DNA of 64,000 nucleotides from Patescibacteria group bacterium. Its GTDB lineage: Bacteria; Patescibacteriota; Microgenomatia; Levybacterales; UBA12049. Shown in pieces: positions 1 to 8,938 of the stretch. The position numbers and the translations under genes were made by a program. The first letter of the stretch is position 1. Every line of letters starts with the position of its first letter. The stretch is taken from assembly GCA_023484045.1 (NCBI GenBank), contig JAMDAA010000035.1, positions 10,966 to 74,965 on the forward strand, given 5' to 3'. The notes beneath the pieces are model-generated. The model was not told where the DNA came from. It was given only the letters and a program-made list of their open reading frames with translations, and made no database searches.

Positions 1-631
1 TATCCATGTTTCTGGTTGTGTAAAGTCTGTCGACTCCGATCGGAATACAACTTTTAAACCCATCTTCCATCTGCAAAGTTGCGGTTTTCGGAACGATTAA
101 AAGAGAGGAAAGTGTTGTTAAAAGTTTTTTTGACGTTTCCTCGAGTTCCGGCAAGGTTTTACAGGAGATTGTAACGTATAGGCTGAATTGAAAAAACCGC
201 TCGACGCCTTTTGCGAGCTCTTCTTGTAATGCTAAAGCGTCCTCCAATGCTGCTGTGACCTTTGGGTCGATTACTCTTCCTTGTTCGGCCTCCGATGAAA
301 TCGTCGCTTCCATTTCAGCGACTTTTCGTCGTAAATCGGTTAATACGTCACCCGAAAAAGTCGGATAGCAAAACATCGAAATGTTCATCGTGTTGCCAAA
401 ATCGATTAATGGCTCGAGCCAATTCGGAGATACAAAGCGCGGATAGCCGACGATAAAAAAAGTTCTGTAAAATCTTTCCCCAATTCTGATATAGCGAAAA
501 TCAACTTCGATTGAAGACGGCGCGATAATATCAATAAGTGACACCATGCCTTTTTCGACCGCTGGTATTACATTGCTAGCAGGCGTTTTAGGCGCCACAG
601 CTTTATTTTTATTTTTACCGAATAGACTCAT
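1..631 (-). CDS. VirB4/TraE-like secretion ATPase, N-terminal part (runs off window)
   Basis: Not in the ORF track. Manual translation from ATG 631 gives MSLFGKNK...DIIAPSSIEVDFRYIRIGERFYRTFFIVGYPRFVSPNWL...LYTTRNMD, typical of CPR VirB4-like proteins. Overlaps the upstream stop. Confidence 0.8.
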   Translation of the reverse strand, partial: MSLFGKNKNKAVAPKTPASNVIPAVEKGMVSLIDIIAPSSIEVDFRYIRIGERFYRTFFIVGYPRFVSPNWLEPLIDFGNTMNISMFCYPTFSGDVLTDLRRKVAEMEATISSEAEQGRVIDPKVTAALEDALALQEELAKGVERFFQFSLYVTISCKTLPELEETSKKLLTTLSSLLIVPKTATLQMEDGFKSCIPIGVDRLYTTRNMD

Positions 632-1281
632 ACGCTTTTTTGTGCCGTAATCATCGGCGTTTTTATGTCGTTACTTTCAACCAATGTGTTTTCTTCGGCT
701 TCTTCGTTATAGACAGAATAGTAAAGTTTTACCAATTCTTCTTTTTCGAGTGTTTTTGCTTTGAGTCCGAGTCTTGCGAGTTGCGTATTCAGAGAGCTCG
801 ATTTTGTATCCAGGGCTTGTTTTGCCTGCTCCTTCGAATTTTTGTCTTTAATAACGCTCGCCGCGCCTTTCTCAAGCGGCGAATAAGGAATAACAATATA
901 GAATTTTTTATCCAGGACTTCGTTTACTTTTATCAATTCTTGTACGAAATCGTGATACAAACTTATTTGCAGCGAAAGTTTTTCGTTGGTCGATTTTTTA
1001 ACTTCTTCTTCGAGTAATTTTAAATAAGACGAGATATCGACTTTTTTGTTTCGGATCAACACTTGTATCGGAAAAGAAAGTGAATTCAGAAGCGACGCGT
1101 AAGAATATATTTTTGTATTTTGTTCTTCTCTTGACAAAAGCGAAAAGTTAGTCGCCTGAATTTCGGTGATCAAACACGCGTTTCCGCCTGTCAAAAACAC
1201 GATATTCCCCTCGATATCGACAATTTCAGTAAATTTTTGGGTAGACCCTGCTTTTATTTTGTTTGGTTTATCGATCGCCAT
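628..1281 (-). CDS. TraC/VirB4-associated protein (N-domain-like) of CPR T4SS-like cluster
   Basis: STQKFTEI...NFSLLSREEQ...YASLLNSLSFPIQVLIR...KKFYIVIPY motifs; lies between prgI and virB4. Confidence 0.7.
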   Translation of the reverse strand: MAIDKPNKIKAGSTQKFTEIVDIEGNIVFLTGGNACLITEIQATNFSLLSREEQNTKIYSYASLLNSLSFPIQVLIRNKKVDISSYLKLLEEEVKKSTNEKLSLQISLYHDFVQELIKVNEVLDKKFYIVIPYSPLEKGAASVIKDKNSKEQAKQALDTKSSSLNTQLARLGLKAKTLEKEELVKLYYSVYNEEAEENTLVESNDIKTPMITAQKSV

Positions 1282-1283
1282 AA

Positions 1284-2534
1284 TTAATTACCTGCCGCGC
1301 TTGAAAACAATGCTTTTCTTAACTCTTCACGTTCGTCGCTCGAAATTACCTCAAGCGGCGAGATTATTTCTCCCGACACGATAAGCTCAATGACGTCAAA
1401 CTTATTTTTCCCTTTTGGGTCTTCAAATGCGACAGTATACGTGCCGTTTAAAAGCGGCGTCGCTGACGCAAATTGGCCCAAGCCGTTTGTTTTAAACGCG
1501 CGAACAGGATTTCCTTCTTTATCCTTTACCTCGATTAAAATACCCGGCAATACGTTTCCTCTGGCGTCTTTAACGATTCCTGTTATTAGATTTGGAACAT
1601 CGGGCGTTATTGGCGCGCCGACAGTTTTGCCCATCGTTTTTGGAATCGTTCTCACGTTTTGAGTTTCGGCTTTGGGTTGTATTGCCCCCGGTGTAAACAC
1701 TTTTTGCTGTTGTGTTTCGATTGTTTTTTTAAGGTTCAATAATTGCTGTTCAAATTGATTTCGTTCTGTCATAACTTCGTTTAACTGCTGTTCTAGTTCC
1801 AATACTTTTTGATGTATGTTTGCGGTCACAGCTGGTTCTTTCTGAATCGCTTCCTCTTTTTTTGCCTCCTCGAGTTCTTTTGTGATCAACGCCGCTTCTT
1901 TTTGAAGCACCTCGTTTAAATTTTGTTGATTTTTAGGTTGGGAAATGATAGGTTTTTCTTCTTTTCTGGCGGAGCCAGATCCCGCTTCGCGGGACTTTTT
2001 TTCCTCATCTGTCAAAATTATGCGTGGCGGTCCGCCAGGTGGCTGAGAAACCGTTGGTTGGGCCATGCCACCACTAAGCATCGACGAAAGAGACTTAAAA
2101 AACATCATTTCCTTTTCGTCGTGTTTCTCTTTCGGTTTTTGTGGAAGATTTGCTAAATACATCTGAAGTTTGTTTTGCGATTGCGCTTGTGTTTGTTTTG
2201 CCGGGCCTTGAATTTTTTGAATTACGATCGGGACTAATAACTGCCCTCCGAGTTTTTGATAAACGTACTGATTGGGAGAAAAAAGCGCTCTTAAAAAATT
2301 GCCAAACATTATATCGAGCGGTCTTCCTTCGATCGGCAAAAAAGCCAAAGAAACACCAAGTAAAGCAGAAAACAAAGAAATGGAATATTTTATAAGCCAA
2401 AAAATGGGTGCGTAAAAAAATAAAAATGCCAAACCGACTCCACCGGCCAAAAACGCAAACTGCTTAACCGTCATGTCGCCGATCAATTTAAATTTAAATC
2501 CGGTAACATCCTGGGGTATTGGATGATTTTCCAT
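1284..2534 (-). CDS. PrgI-family membrane protein with coiled coil and C-terminal beta-sandwich
   Basis: MENHPIPQDVTGFKFKLIGDMTVKQF N-terminus, 2 TM helices, ITGIVKDARGNVL domain. Confidence 0.8.
   Translation of the reverse strand: MENHPIPQDVTGFKFKLIGDMTVKQFAFLAGGVGLAFLFFYAPIFWLIKYSISLFSALLGVSLAFLPIEGRPLDIMFGNFLRALFSPNQYVYQKLGGQLLVPIVIQKIQGPAKQTQAQSQNKLQMYLANLPQKPKEKHDEKEMMFFKSLSSMLSGGMAQPTVSQPPGGPPRIILTDEEKKSREAGSGSARKEEKPIISQPKNQQNLNEVLQKEAALITKELEEAKKEEAIQKEPAVTANIHQKVLELEQQLNEVMTERNQFEQQLLNLKKTIETQQQKVFTPGAIQPKAETQNVRTIPKTMGKTVGAPITPDVPNLITGIVKDARGNVLPGILIEVKDKEGNPVRAFKTNGLGQFASATPLLNGTYTVAFEDPKGKNKFDVIELIVSGEIISPLEVISSDEREELRKALFSSAAGN
1965..1994. repeat. 30-bp twin-hairpin REP-like element in frame in prgI (SREAGSGSAR)
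   Basis: TCTGGC-GGA-GCCAGA TCCCGC-TTC-GCGGGA. Confidence 0.75.
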
Positions 2535-2540
2535 AATATT

Positions 2541-3018
2541 TTAAAATCCGAAATTCGAATATCGAAATTCGAAACAAATTCAAATTTTTAATTTTTAAAT
2601 ATCTAAATCTATTCTGACTTTCGAATTATCGATCCAAATATGTTCATTAATTCTGTTGCTTCTTTAATCAATACACCTCTTTCTTTTTCTAATTCAGGAT
2701 TATTGTTTATATCTATTAGCAATAGCCAATATCTACTTTCTTTTACTTCTTTCCTACAAATTTTAATCCTCAAAACAAAATCTTTTTTACTTAACGATTC
2801 ATTCGCCTCAATGTAATTTGCTCCAACCGACCCAGATGCTCTTATAAGTTGTATGCCGTCTTCGATGTTTCCGACTGTTTTAACTACTTTTTTAACAAAA
2901 ATTCTTACTCTCTTAGCAAAATTAAATGTCCTTTCCTCTAGGTCGTATTGTTTTGTATTTTTGATTTCTGTCATTTAGAGATTGTTTCGGGTTTCGGACT
3001 TCGTGCTTCGGATTTTAA
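2541..3018 (-). mobile_element. Four-helix-bundle cassette 1 with inverted AAATTCG-type heptamer arms
   Basis: Left arm TTAAAATCCG AAATTCG AATATCG AAATTCG AAACAA. Right arm reverse-complemented is TTAAAATCCG AAGCACG AAGTCCG AAACCCG AAACAA. Mobility is inferred. Confidence 0.65.
2609..2974 (-). CDS. Four helix bundle protein (23S rRNA IVP/S23 family)
   Basis: DLEERT...QLIRASGSVGANYIEA...SKKDF...ICRKEVKESRYWL motif. Confidence 0.9.
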   Translation of the reverse strand: MTEIKNTKQYDLEERTFNFAKRVRIFVKKVVKTVGNIEDGIQLIRASGSVGANYIEANESLSKKDFVLRIKICRKEVKESRYWLLLIDINNNPELEKERGVLIKEATELMNIFGSIIRKSE

Positions 3019-3180
3019 TGCATAAAACTGTCTTAAATAAGATTATTATGTGAAAAAAATGTTTGCAAGATTATCAAAGTGGGTCAAACGTTACTATAAA
3101 TCAGCCTGCCCCGTGAAAATTGCTCTCTGAGCCGTATTCGAATAGAATAAAAAAGGCGAAAGAGGCTAGTTGTGAAAAAT

Positions 3181-3528
3181 TTATTTATTGAGGCAGACAT
3201 CAAAACCAAAACTTTTTATGCAACCTACCCCTGTAATATAACTTATAAAGCTTATAATAAAGTAGGAAAGAAGAATAATTACGAGTCCGATAATAGCGTA
3301 GGTTAATGTTTTTTTTGCGCCTTCGACTTGCTTTTGGTCGCCGCCAGATGTAATAAATTTAATACCCGAGATTATAACGATTATTACTGCAACGACTCCG
3401 GCCAAAATCAGCGCCCAGATCAAACCATTGTGAAATACGGCGGGAAGACATTTTAAAGTTGCAACTTTATCGCCTTTTTCAGTTGTTTCTAGACATTCAG
3501 GAACAAATGTTTCCCAGTCCACTCCCAT
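3181..3528 (-). CDS. TrbC/VirB2-like pilin
   Basis: Two TM helices flanking GIKFITSGGDQKQVEGAKKTLTYAIIGL. Confidence 0.85.
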   Translation of the reverse strand: MGVDWETFVPECLETTEKGDKVATLKCLPAVFHNGLIWALILAGVVAVIIVIISGIKFITSGGDQKQVEGAKKTLTYAIIGLVIILLSYFIISFISYITGVGCIKSFGFDVCLNK

Positions 3529-3573
3529 ATCTTAAGATTATCAAACAGCGTTAGAAAAGACAAGTTGAATTTA

Positions 3574-3981
3574 TTAGGAGCCGATCAGGGGAGGTATCGT
3601 AAGATTTGTAATATTAATTCCGAACAATTGCGCTACAAACGATATAATAAAGTAAGCCAATATCGCAATAATTAATCCTACAATCGCCGCCACAATCTGA
3701 TTTCTCGCTCCCTCTACTTTCGATTTATCTCCGCCGGAAGTAATCCATCTTATTCCGCCGATGATTAAGAAGAATACGGCGATAATAATCGCGATAATAA
3801 TAACAGCGATTATGACTCTACCGACCATCGGGCCGAAATCTGTCGGCGTAATCAAACATATTTGTCTGAGAATGTCATTTTTCTCTTTTTCTTGGCAAAT
3901 AGCAAGGTCTACGGCAAAAGCAGGATTTGCCAGTAATAGATACGAGATAAGTCCTGTTATCGGGGCGATAATTTTCCTCAT
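3574..3981 (-). CDS. TrbC/VirB2-like pilin
   Basis: GGIRWITSGGDKSKVEGARNQIVAAIVGL; start reassigned to MRKII, signal peptide ending AFA. Confidence 0.85.
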   Translation of the reverse strand: MRKIIAPITGLISYLLLANPAFAVDLAICQEKEKNDILRQICLITPTDFGPMVGRVIIAVIIIAIIIAVFFLIIGGIRWITSGGDKSKVEGARNQIVAAIVGLIIAILAYFIISFVAQLFGINITNLTIPPLIGS

Positions 3982-4416
3982 TAGATTTATGATATGGAGA
4001 TTTTTGGAGTTTGTCAAGAGGAAAATATTTTAAATTTAACTGTTTACCGACATTCAAAAATTGGCGGGAGTAGTCCAGGATTAATTTGGGTACAGGTTCC
4101 CGAAGTGCAGGATCCAGATGTATTCCCGCCGCAAACAGCAGACGAAGAGCTACTTCCGCCTATTAAATTTGGAATCGTGAGATTCGTAATCGTTATTCCG
4201 AATAATCCGGCCACAAACGATATAATAAAGTAAGCCAATATCGCAATAATTAATCCTACAATCGCCGCCACAATCTGATTTCTCGCTCCCTCTACTTTCG
4301 ATTTATCTCCGCCGGAAGTAATCCATCTTATTCCGCCGATGATTAAGAAGAATACGGCGATAATAATCGCGATAATAATAACAGCGATTATGACTCTACC
4401 GACCATCGGGCCGAAA
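3635..4416. repeat. 204-bp identical direct repeat (3635-3838 = 4213-4416) in two pilin cores
   Basis: Base-by-base comparison by eye. Confidence 0.9.
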
Positions 4417-4571
4417 CTTTGAGGATTAAAACCGCAAAGTATCTTATTAAATCCTGTGTTGCCTCCTGCTCCGGCCTGACTGCAAACGTCAACCGTTACG
4501 TCGGCAAAAGCGGGTTTTATAAAAAAGAGATAAAAAAACAGAGTACTAAAAAATGCAAAAATTTTCCTCAT
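4044..4571 (-). CDS. TrbC/VirB2-like pilin with Cys-rich C-terminal tail
   Basis: Same pilin core as the neighbouring gene, plus a signal peptide. Confidence 0.85.
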   Translation of the reverse strand: MRKIFAFFSTLFFYLFFIKPAFADVTVDVCSQAGAGGNTGFNKILCGFNPQSFGPMVGRVIIAVIIIAIIIAVFFLIIGGIRWITSGGDKSKVEGARNQIVAAIVGLIIAILAYFIISFVAGLFGITITNLTIPNLIGGSSSSSAVCGGNTSGSCTSGTCTQINPGLLPPIFECR

Positions 4572-4616
4572 TAAATTTATAGTAGCTGGTTTTTAAAAAT
4601 TGTCAAGTATTATGGT

Positions 4617-4943
4617 TTATTTAAGATTACCGACTAAATTAGTCCCGAATAAGCCGCCTATAAAACCGATTATAAAGAATGCGAGAAGAATAATTACAAG
4701 TCCGATAATCGCAAAAGTAATTTTTTGCCTTGCTTTTTGGATCGCTTCTTTGTTTCCTCCGGATGAACTCCACTGAATTCCGCCCCAAATTAAAAAAATA
4801 AGCGCGAGGATAATCGAAACTACAAAAAGAATAACTATTGTATTTGAAATAATTTTCTGCAGAGTTCCTTCTCCGGCAGTCGGCACATTACCTGGAACAT
4901 TGATTTCTCCAAGCTGAGGAATATTTAATGCAAAAAGTTTCAT
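4617..4943 (-). CDS. TrbC/VirB2-like pilin
   Basis: GGIQWSSSGGNKEAIQKARQKITFAIIGL. Confidence 0.85.
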   Translation of the reverse strand: MKLFALNIPQLGEINVPGNVPTAGEGTLQKIISNTIVILFVVSIILALIFLIWGGIQWSSSGGNKEAIQKARQKITFAIIGLVIILLAFFIIGFIGGLFGTNLVGNLK

Positions 4944-4944
4944 T

Positions 4945-6369
4945 TTAAGGAATTTTTAAAGACCATCCGGGAATATGTAATATATTAACTCCGATAAGTT
5001 CCAATATAAATATCGAAAATATTATAAATAAAAGACCCACAATGGTAGATGTTAAGGTTTCCTTTGCCCCCTGAACTTTTTCTGCATTTCCCCGAGACGT
5101 CATTAGTTTATAACCGGAATAAATAATTAATAAGAGGGCAATTCCACCAGAGAGACTAAGAGTAATTCCAAAAATGCTTGCTATAAAGTCTTTTGGGTCA
5201 GTGCCAATGTCGATTCCTAAACCGGTGGAAACCTTTTCACATTTATCATTTACTAGTCCACCGGGCGCGCAAACTGGCGCGGGAGGAGGGAACGATTGTT
5301 GGTCAGATGATTTGTCGTAAAGTATACACCCATAACCCTGATAACACCATCCGCTAGCAGAGCAATCGACATATGATGTTGGATCAGTAAATTCAGTTTG
5401 ATTTTTGATGTTTTGACACGTATTTTCGAAGCCATTCCAAATAAATTTATTTGAACAAACAGGACAGCTTGTTAATAAATCTGGATTCTGTGTCGGTTTA
5501 GGGATTGGAGTGTTTCTCGGAATCGGTGTTGGAGTATTTGTGCCTGCTGGAGCGGGATTAACTTTAAAGTTTAATGGGCACCAGTTATTGTATTGTATGG
5601 ATTCGGAATCACTACCAATATAGACCTCATAAGTTCCTAATTGGGATGGTGCTGAAAATTCATGTGCTAAAGTATTATTAGCATCAAGCGTAACTGGTTC
5701 TGGATTTTTTGCGTCCCAACTTCTGCCAAAATATACAGACTTTTTTGTTATTCCGGGCCATGTTACTTTGTACGTTAAACCTGCATTAGGGGTTGTATCT
5801 ATTAAATCTTGCGATTGTCCACATTGTGGGTTAACATTGACCGATGGCTGCGGGGTTGGTGTTGATGATTGATTTTGATCAGACTTAATAATATTAATTA
5901 CATATTCGTCAACTTGATTAAAAATATCACCGCCCAATGTAATAACCTTTTTTTTATTAAGGATAATGTCATATCTTCCCAGAACAAGGTTTTTTAGATC
6001 ATTTTTATCATCAACTACGAACTCGTGTTTTGTCGCTCCAGTATCATGAGTATCAAAAACAAAATAAGGATGTAATCCTTTTTTCCGTGCAAATTGAGCG
6101 CAATCATTATTATATGAATTCGTAAGCGTACTTTCTAAAAATACATATTTATCAAGATTTTGAATTTCTATTACATAACAAGTTCTTGGCTGGAGATTAG
6201 AAATCTTGATTTTAAAAGGGGAACCTTCTTTGAAATTATTTTCAGACGTGGCCACAATTTTTTCTGGATTTTCAGAGTCAGAGTTAGCAAATACATTCTT
6301 GGCAAAAGTTATTAAGTAAGAAAGGATAAAAACTATTATTAATAATAAAAGAAGATTATTTTTTCTCAC
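4945..6369 (-). CDS. Large pilin-like protein (extracellular N-domain, PT linker, Cys-rich region, C-terminal pilin domain)
   Basis: C-terminal GYKLMTSRGNAEKVQGAKETLTSTIVGL; signal peptide. Confidence 0.8.
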   Translation of the reverse strand: MRKNNLLLLLIIVFILSYLITFAKNVFANSDSENPEKIVATSENNFKEGSPFKIKISNLQPRTCYVIEIQNLDKYVFLESTLTNSYNNDCAQFARKKGLHPYFVFDTHDTGATKHEFVVDDKNDLKNLVLGRYDIILNKKKVITLGGDIFNQVDEYVINIIKSDQNQSSTPTPQPSVNVNPQCGQSQDLIDTTPNAGLTYKVTWPGITKKSVYFGRSWDAKNPEPVTLDANNTLAHEFSAPSQLGTYEVYIGSDSESIQYNNWCPLNFKVNPAPAGTNTPTPIPRNTPIPKPTQNPDLLTSCPVCSNKFIWNGFENTCQNIKNQTEFTDPTSYVDCSASGWCYQGYGCILYDKSSDQQSFPPPAPVCAPGGLVNDKCEKVSTGLGIDIGTDPKDFIASIFGITLSLSGGIALLLIIYSGYKLMTSRGNAEKVQGAKETLTSTIVGLLFIIFSIFILELIGVNILHIPGWSLKIP

Positions 6370-6404
6370 TTCTTCATCGTAGAATAGTTAAAAAAGTTTT
6401 GCAA

Positions 6405-6494
6405 CTAAGGAGAAAATTTGAGACCGCGGCCTTTTATTGTTTGGAGATGGATTGGGTTATTGGGACCAGCTTCGATTTTTCTGCGGAGTCGGTA
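6405..6494 (-). pseudogene. Displaced duplicate 3' end of the 7001-8377 gene
   Basis: Translates YRLRRKIEAGPNNPIHLQTIKGRGLKFSP*, versus FRLRKKIETDPNNPKHLETIKGRGMKFTA* at 7001-7090. Confidence 0.9.
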
Positions 6495-7000
6495 CAGTCA
6501 TCGGTTTTCGGTTGTCAGTTTTCAGAAATTTGTTTGTCGGTTTTCGGTTAATCAGTCAAATTTTTGCCAGGAGGATAAAAGTTTGTTAAGTTTTCTAGAG
6601 AGAATTTTATATTTTTCTATTAGCCATTCGCAATCTTCAGTTCGGATTCTGGTATAAGTTTTTGCCACAATTTTTATTTCTCTAATATGAGTTATAACTT
6701 CATCTGATGACCCAAGTGCCATTGACAAAAACCTGCAGAATTCCCGAGGCGACCTTTTCTTGCCAAAGCCTTCTGCTATTTGAGGAGCAATTTTTTCTCC
6801 AGCTTCGTTTGCTTGGAATTTAAGCCTTCTATGAGTTAGAGGAAGTAAGTTTGTAATTCTATATAATGGTTCAAGGAGATCAAGTGACAAATTATAAACT
6901 TCAAGGTCAGTAACATCTTTAATCACTCTCTTAGTCTATCAGATAAACAGATAACTGATAAACTTTTGTCCGAGAACAGAAAACCGGGAACTGATAACAT
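6495..7000 (-). mobile_element. Four-helix-bundle cassette 2 with inverted CGGTTTT-type heptamer arms
   Basis: Arms at 6495-6551 and 6944-7000, each 4 heptamers + 15-nt spacer + 2 heptamers. Bounded exactly by the two gene-end copies. Confidence 0.75.
6552..6926 (-). CDS. Four helix bundle protein
   Basis: DLEVY...IAPQIAEGFG...EFCRFLSMALGSSDEV motif. Confidence 0.9.
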   Translation of the reverse strand: MIKDVTDLEVYNLSLDLLEPLYRITNLLPLTHRRLKFQANEAGEKIAPQIAEGFGKKRSPREFCRFLSMALGSSDEVITHIREIKIVAKTYTRIRTEDCEWLIEKYKILSRKLNKLLSSWQKFD

Positions 7001-8377
7001 TTATGCAGTGAATTTCATTCCTCTCCCCTTAATTGTCTCCAGATGCTTTGGGTTATTTGGGTCTGTTTCTATTTTCTTCCGCAATCTAAAAATTAACTGA
7101 TCAAGCGCCTGGTCTGTTACTCCGGCCGTTGTTTGAGTATCTTTCCAGACCGAATTTATTATCTCTTCTCTCTCTATAATTTTTCCCTGATTTTCGATTA
7201 AATATTTTAAAAGCCGAAATTCAGCAGAAGTTAAATTCTCTGAAAGAACAAGTTCTCCTTTTTTAATCTCTCTTGCGTCTTGGTCGTAATGTATTTGTTC
7301 GTGGGCGGTTTCTTTTAATGTTTTAATATATTCTTCAAAAATCGGAATTGCGATCTGTTGATTTTTTAACATCCCGACTTTTTCAAGATATATTATGTTT
7401 TCTTTTTCGATATTAAATACCGTGCTTGAAATATTAGATATTAAATATTCTTGTTCGGCCGGAATAAACGAAGACCAGATTTCAAAAAGCCCTTTTTGAA
7501 CCGGTTTTTGTTCGAGCAAAAATTCGATAAGTTTCTTAGCGTTTGGCTGTAAGTCCTTATCTGCTAATATACTTTCCGCACAAAGTCTCGTCAGTTTTCC
7601 GTGTCCTCCGGTTAAATCGATAATTTTGTCCAAAAGTTTTATGTCGATATCTTTTCCCGATATTTTCTGAAGATATGAAATTCTAAAATCTGTTCCCGGT
7701 TTATCATAAAGCGAAAGATAAATAATATTTCCGGCGATAAACTCGTAAAAGTCTGCAAAAAGCGCCGGTTCGATTAAGTCTTCAAGCGGCCGGGGAAGCG
7801 AAAAAATAACAGAAAATCTGTACTTGGCGATGTTTCTAAGGGTTTTAAGATTTATAAAAAACTGATCGGAAACTTTTGAAATATAGTCTTCGAATCTGTC
7901 GAAAAGAAAAACAACGGCTAGTTCCTTTTCGATCGACAAAAAATTAACAGCTTCTTTTAGCCCCTGAAAAAGAACGATTTCATCATTTTGAATCATATGG
8001 GATTTGAATATTTTATGGAGTGCTTCGTGTTCTGCATTCAGCTTCCGGTCGCGGAGCGAATCGGCCAAAGACAAAAACATAAATTTTAGAACGTCAAAAA
8101 GAGATCGGTTTTTGACTTCGGAAAAATTCATGTAGACAAAGTGAAGCCATTTTTGATCTTCGCCTGAATGTTTAATGCGGACATTCCGGTTATAGGCAAG
8201 AAGTCTTAATAGATTTGATCTTCCTGTTCCGGGAAGGCTTACGATCTGACACGATTTCCCTCCTTTAATAAAACCCAGAATTTTTTCGATTTCTGCAAAA
8301 CGAGAGTCGTCGGGGTATAAAGATTCAAAATGAAGACCTTCCATTGCTTCATTGTTAAATTGCTTGATTGTTTTCAT
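7001..8377 (-). CDS. P-loop/AAA domain protein with C-terminal OmpR-type winged helix
   Basis: Degenerate Walker A SLPGTGRS; C-terminal LTSAEFRLL...LDQLIFRLRKKIE...IKGRG. True start may be MEGL at 8344. Confidence 0.8.
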   Translation of the reverse strand: MKTIKQFNNEAMEGLHFESLYPDDSRFAEIEKILGFIKGGKSCQIVSLPGTGRSNLLRLLAYNRNVRIKHSGEDQKWLHFVYMNFSEVKNRSLFDVLKFMFLSLADSLRDRKLNAEHEALHKIFKSHMIQNDEIVLFQGLKEAVNFLSIEKELAVVFLFDRFEDYISKVSDQFFINLKTLRNIAKYRFSVIFSLPRPLEDLIEPALFADFYEFIAGNIIYLSLYDKPGTDFRISYLQKISGKDIDIKLLDKIIDLTGGHGKLTRLCAESILADKDLQPNAKKLIEFLLEQKPVQKGLFEIWSSFIPAEQEYLISNISSTVFNIEKENIIYLEKVGMLKNQQIAIPIFEEYIKTLKETAHEQIHYDQDAREIKKGELVLSENLTSAEFRLLKYLIENQGKIIEREEIINSVWKDTQTTAGVTDQALDQLIFRLRKKIETDPNNPKHLETIKGRGMKFTA

Positions 8378-8385
8378 TGTTTGAT
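8342..8385. repeat. 8-nt-period CATTGTTW array (single arm) encoding MKTIKQFNNEAM
   Basis: CATTGCTT CATTGTTA AATTGCTT GATTGTTTT CATTGTTT. Confidence 0.7.
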
Positions 8386-8390
8386 ATTTT

Positions 8391-8858
8391 AGTTAAAAGT
8401 TCAAAGTTAAAAATTAAAAATTACAACTCAAAATTCAAAGTTTATTTCTTCCTTTTAACGTAGAAATACTTGAACCAAGGATTTTTACAAGTTCATCTGT
8501 TTCTTTTAAGAGTGCTTCAATTTCTGCTATTAATTTGGGATCAAGATCTTTTGATAAAGCCAGCCAAAATTTAGTTTCGTTCCCGCTTTTTAAAGCGTGA
8601 TTTAAGAAATTAACAAAATCTCTTTTTGAACTAGCCGCTTGTGCTTCGATAATATTAGCCCCGATGGATGTCGCTGCTCTTAAAAGCTGATCGCTTATAA
8701 CCCATGCAGATCTTTTATTGGGGAACTTATCAACCAGATTAATTATTCTTCTGGCCAAAATAAACGCCCGGCTTATTAACTGTTTTTTAAAATCTTTGTT
8801 ATTCATAACTTTTAATTTTAAACTTCAACTTTGAACTTTGCACTTTGAACTTTTAATT
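8391..8858 (-). mobile_element. Four-helix-bundle cassette 3 with inverted CAAAGTT-type heptamer arms
   Basis: Arms at 8395-8442 and 8807-8854, each 4 heptamers + 6-nt spacer + 2 heptamers. Confidence 0.7.
8435..8806 (-). CDS. Four helix bundle protein
   Basis: DQLLRAATSIGANIIEAQAASSKRDF...ALKSGNETKFWL. Confidence 0.92.
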   Translation of the reverse strand: MNNKDFKKQLISRAFILARRIINLVDKFPNKRSAWVISDQLLRAATSIGANIIEAQAASSKRDFVNFLNHALKSGNETKFWLALSKDLDPKLIAEIEALLKETDELVKILGSSISTLKGRNKL

Positions 8859-8938
8859 TATTTTATAAGTATATCGTTAGCTTCTTGTAAAGTAAATATC
8901 AAGCTCCTTTACCTCTTTTTCTATAAACTGCGGGTGCT

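Noticed and set aside
3105..3120. CCTGCCCCGTGAAAAT as a REP half
   Set aside because: There is no complementary arm or second copy in the window; too weak to call.
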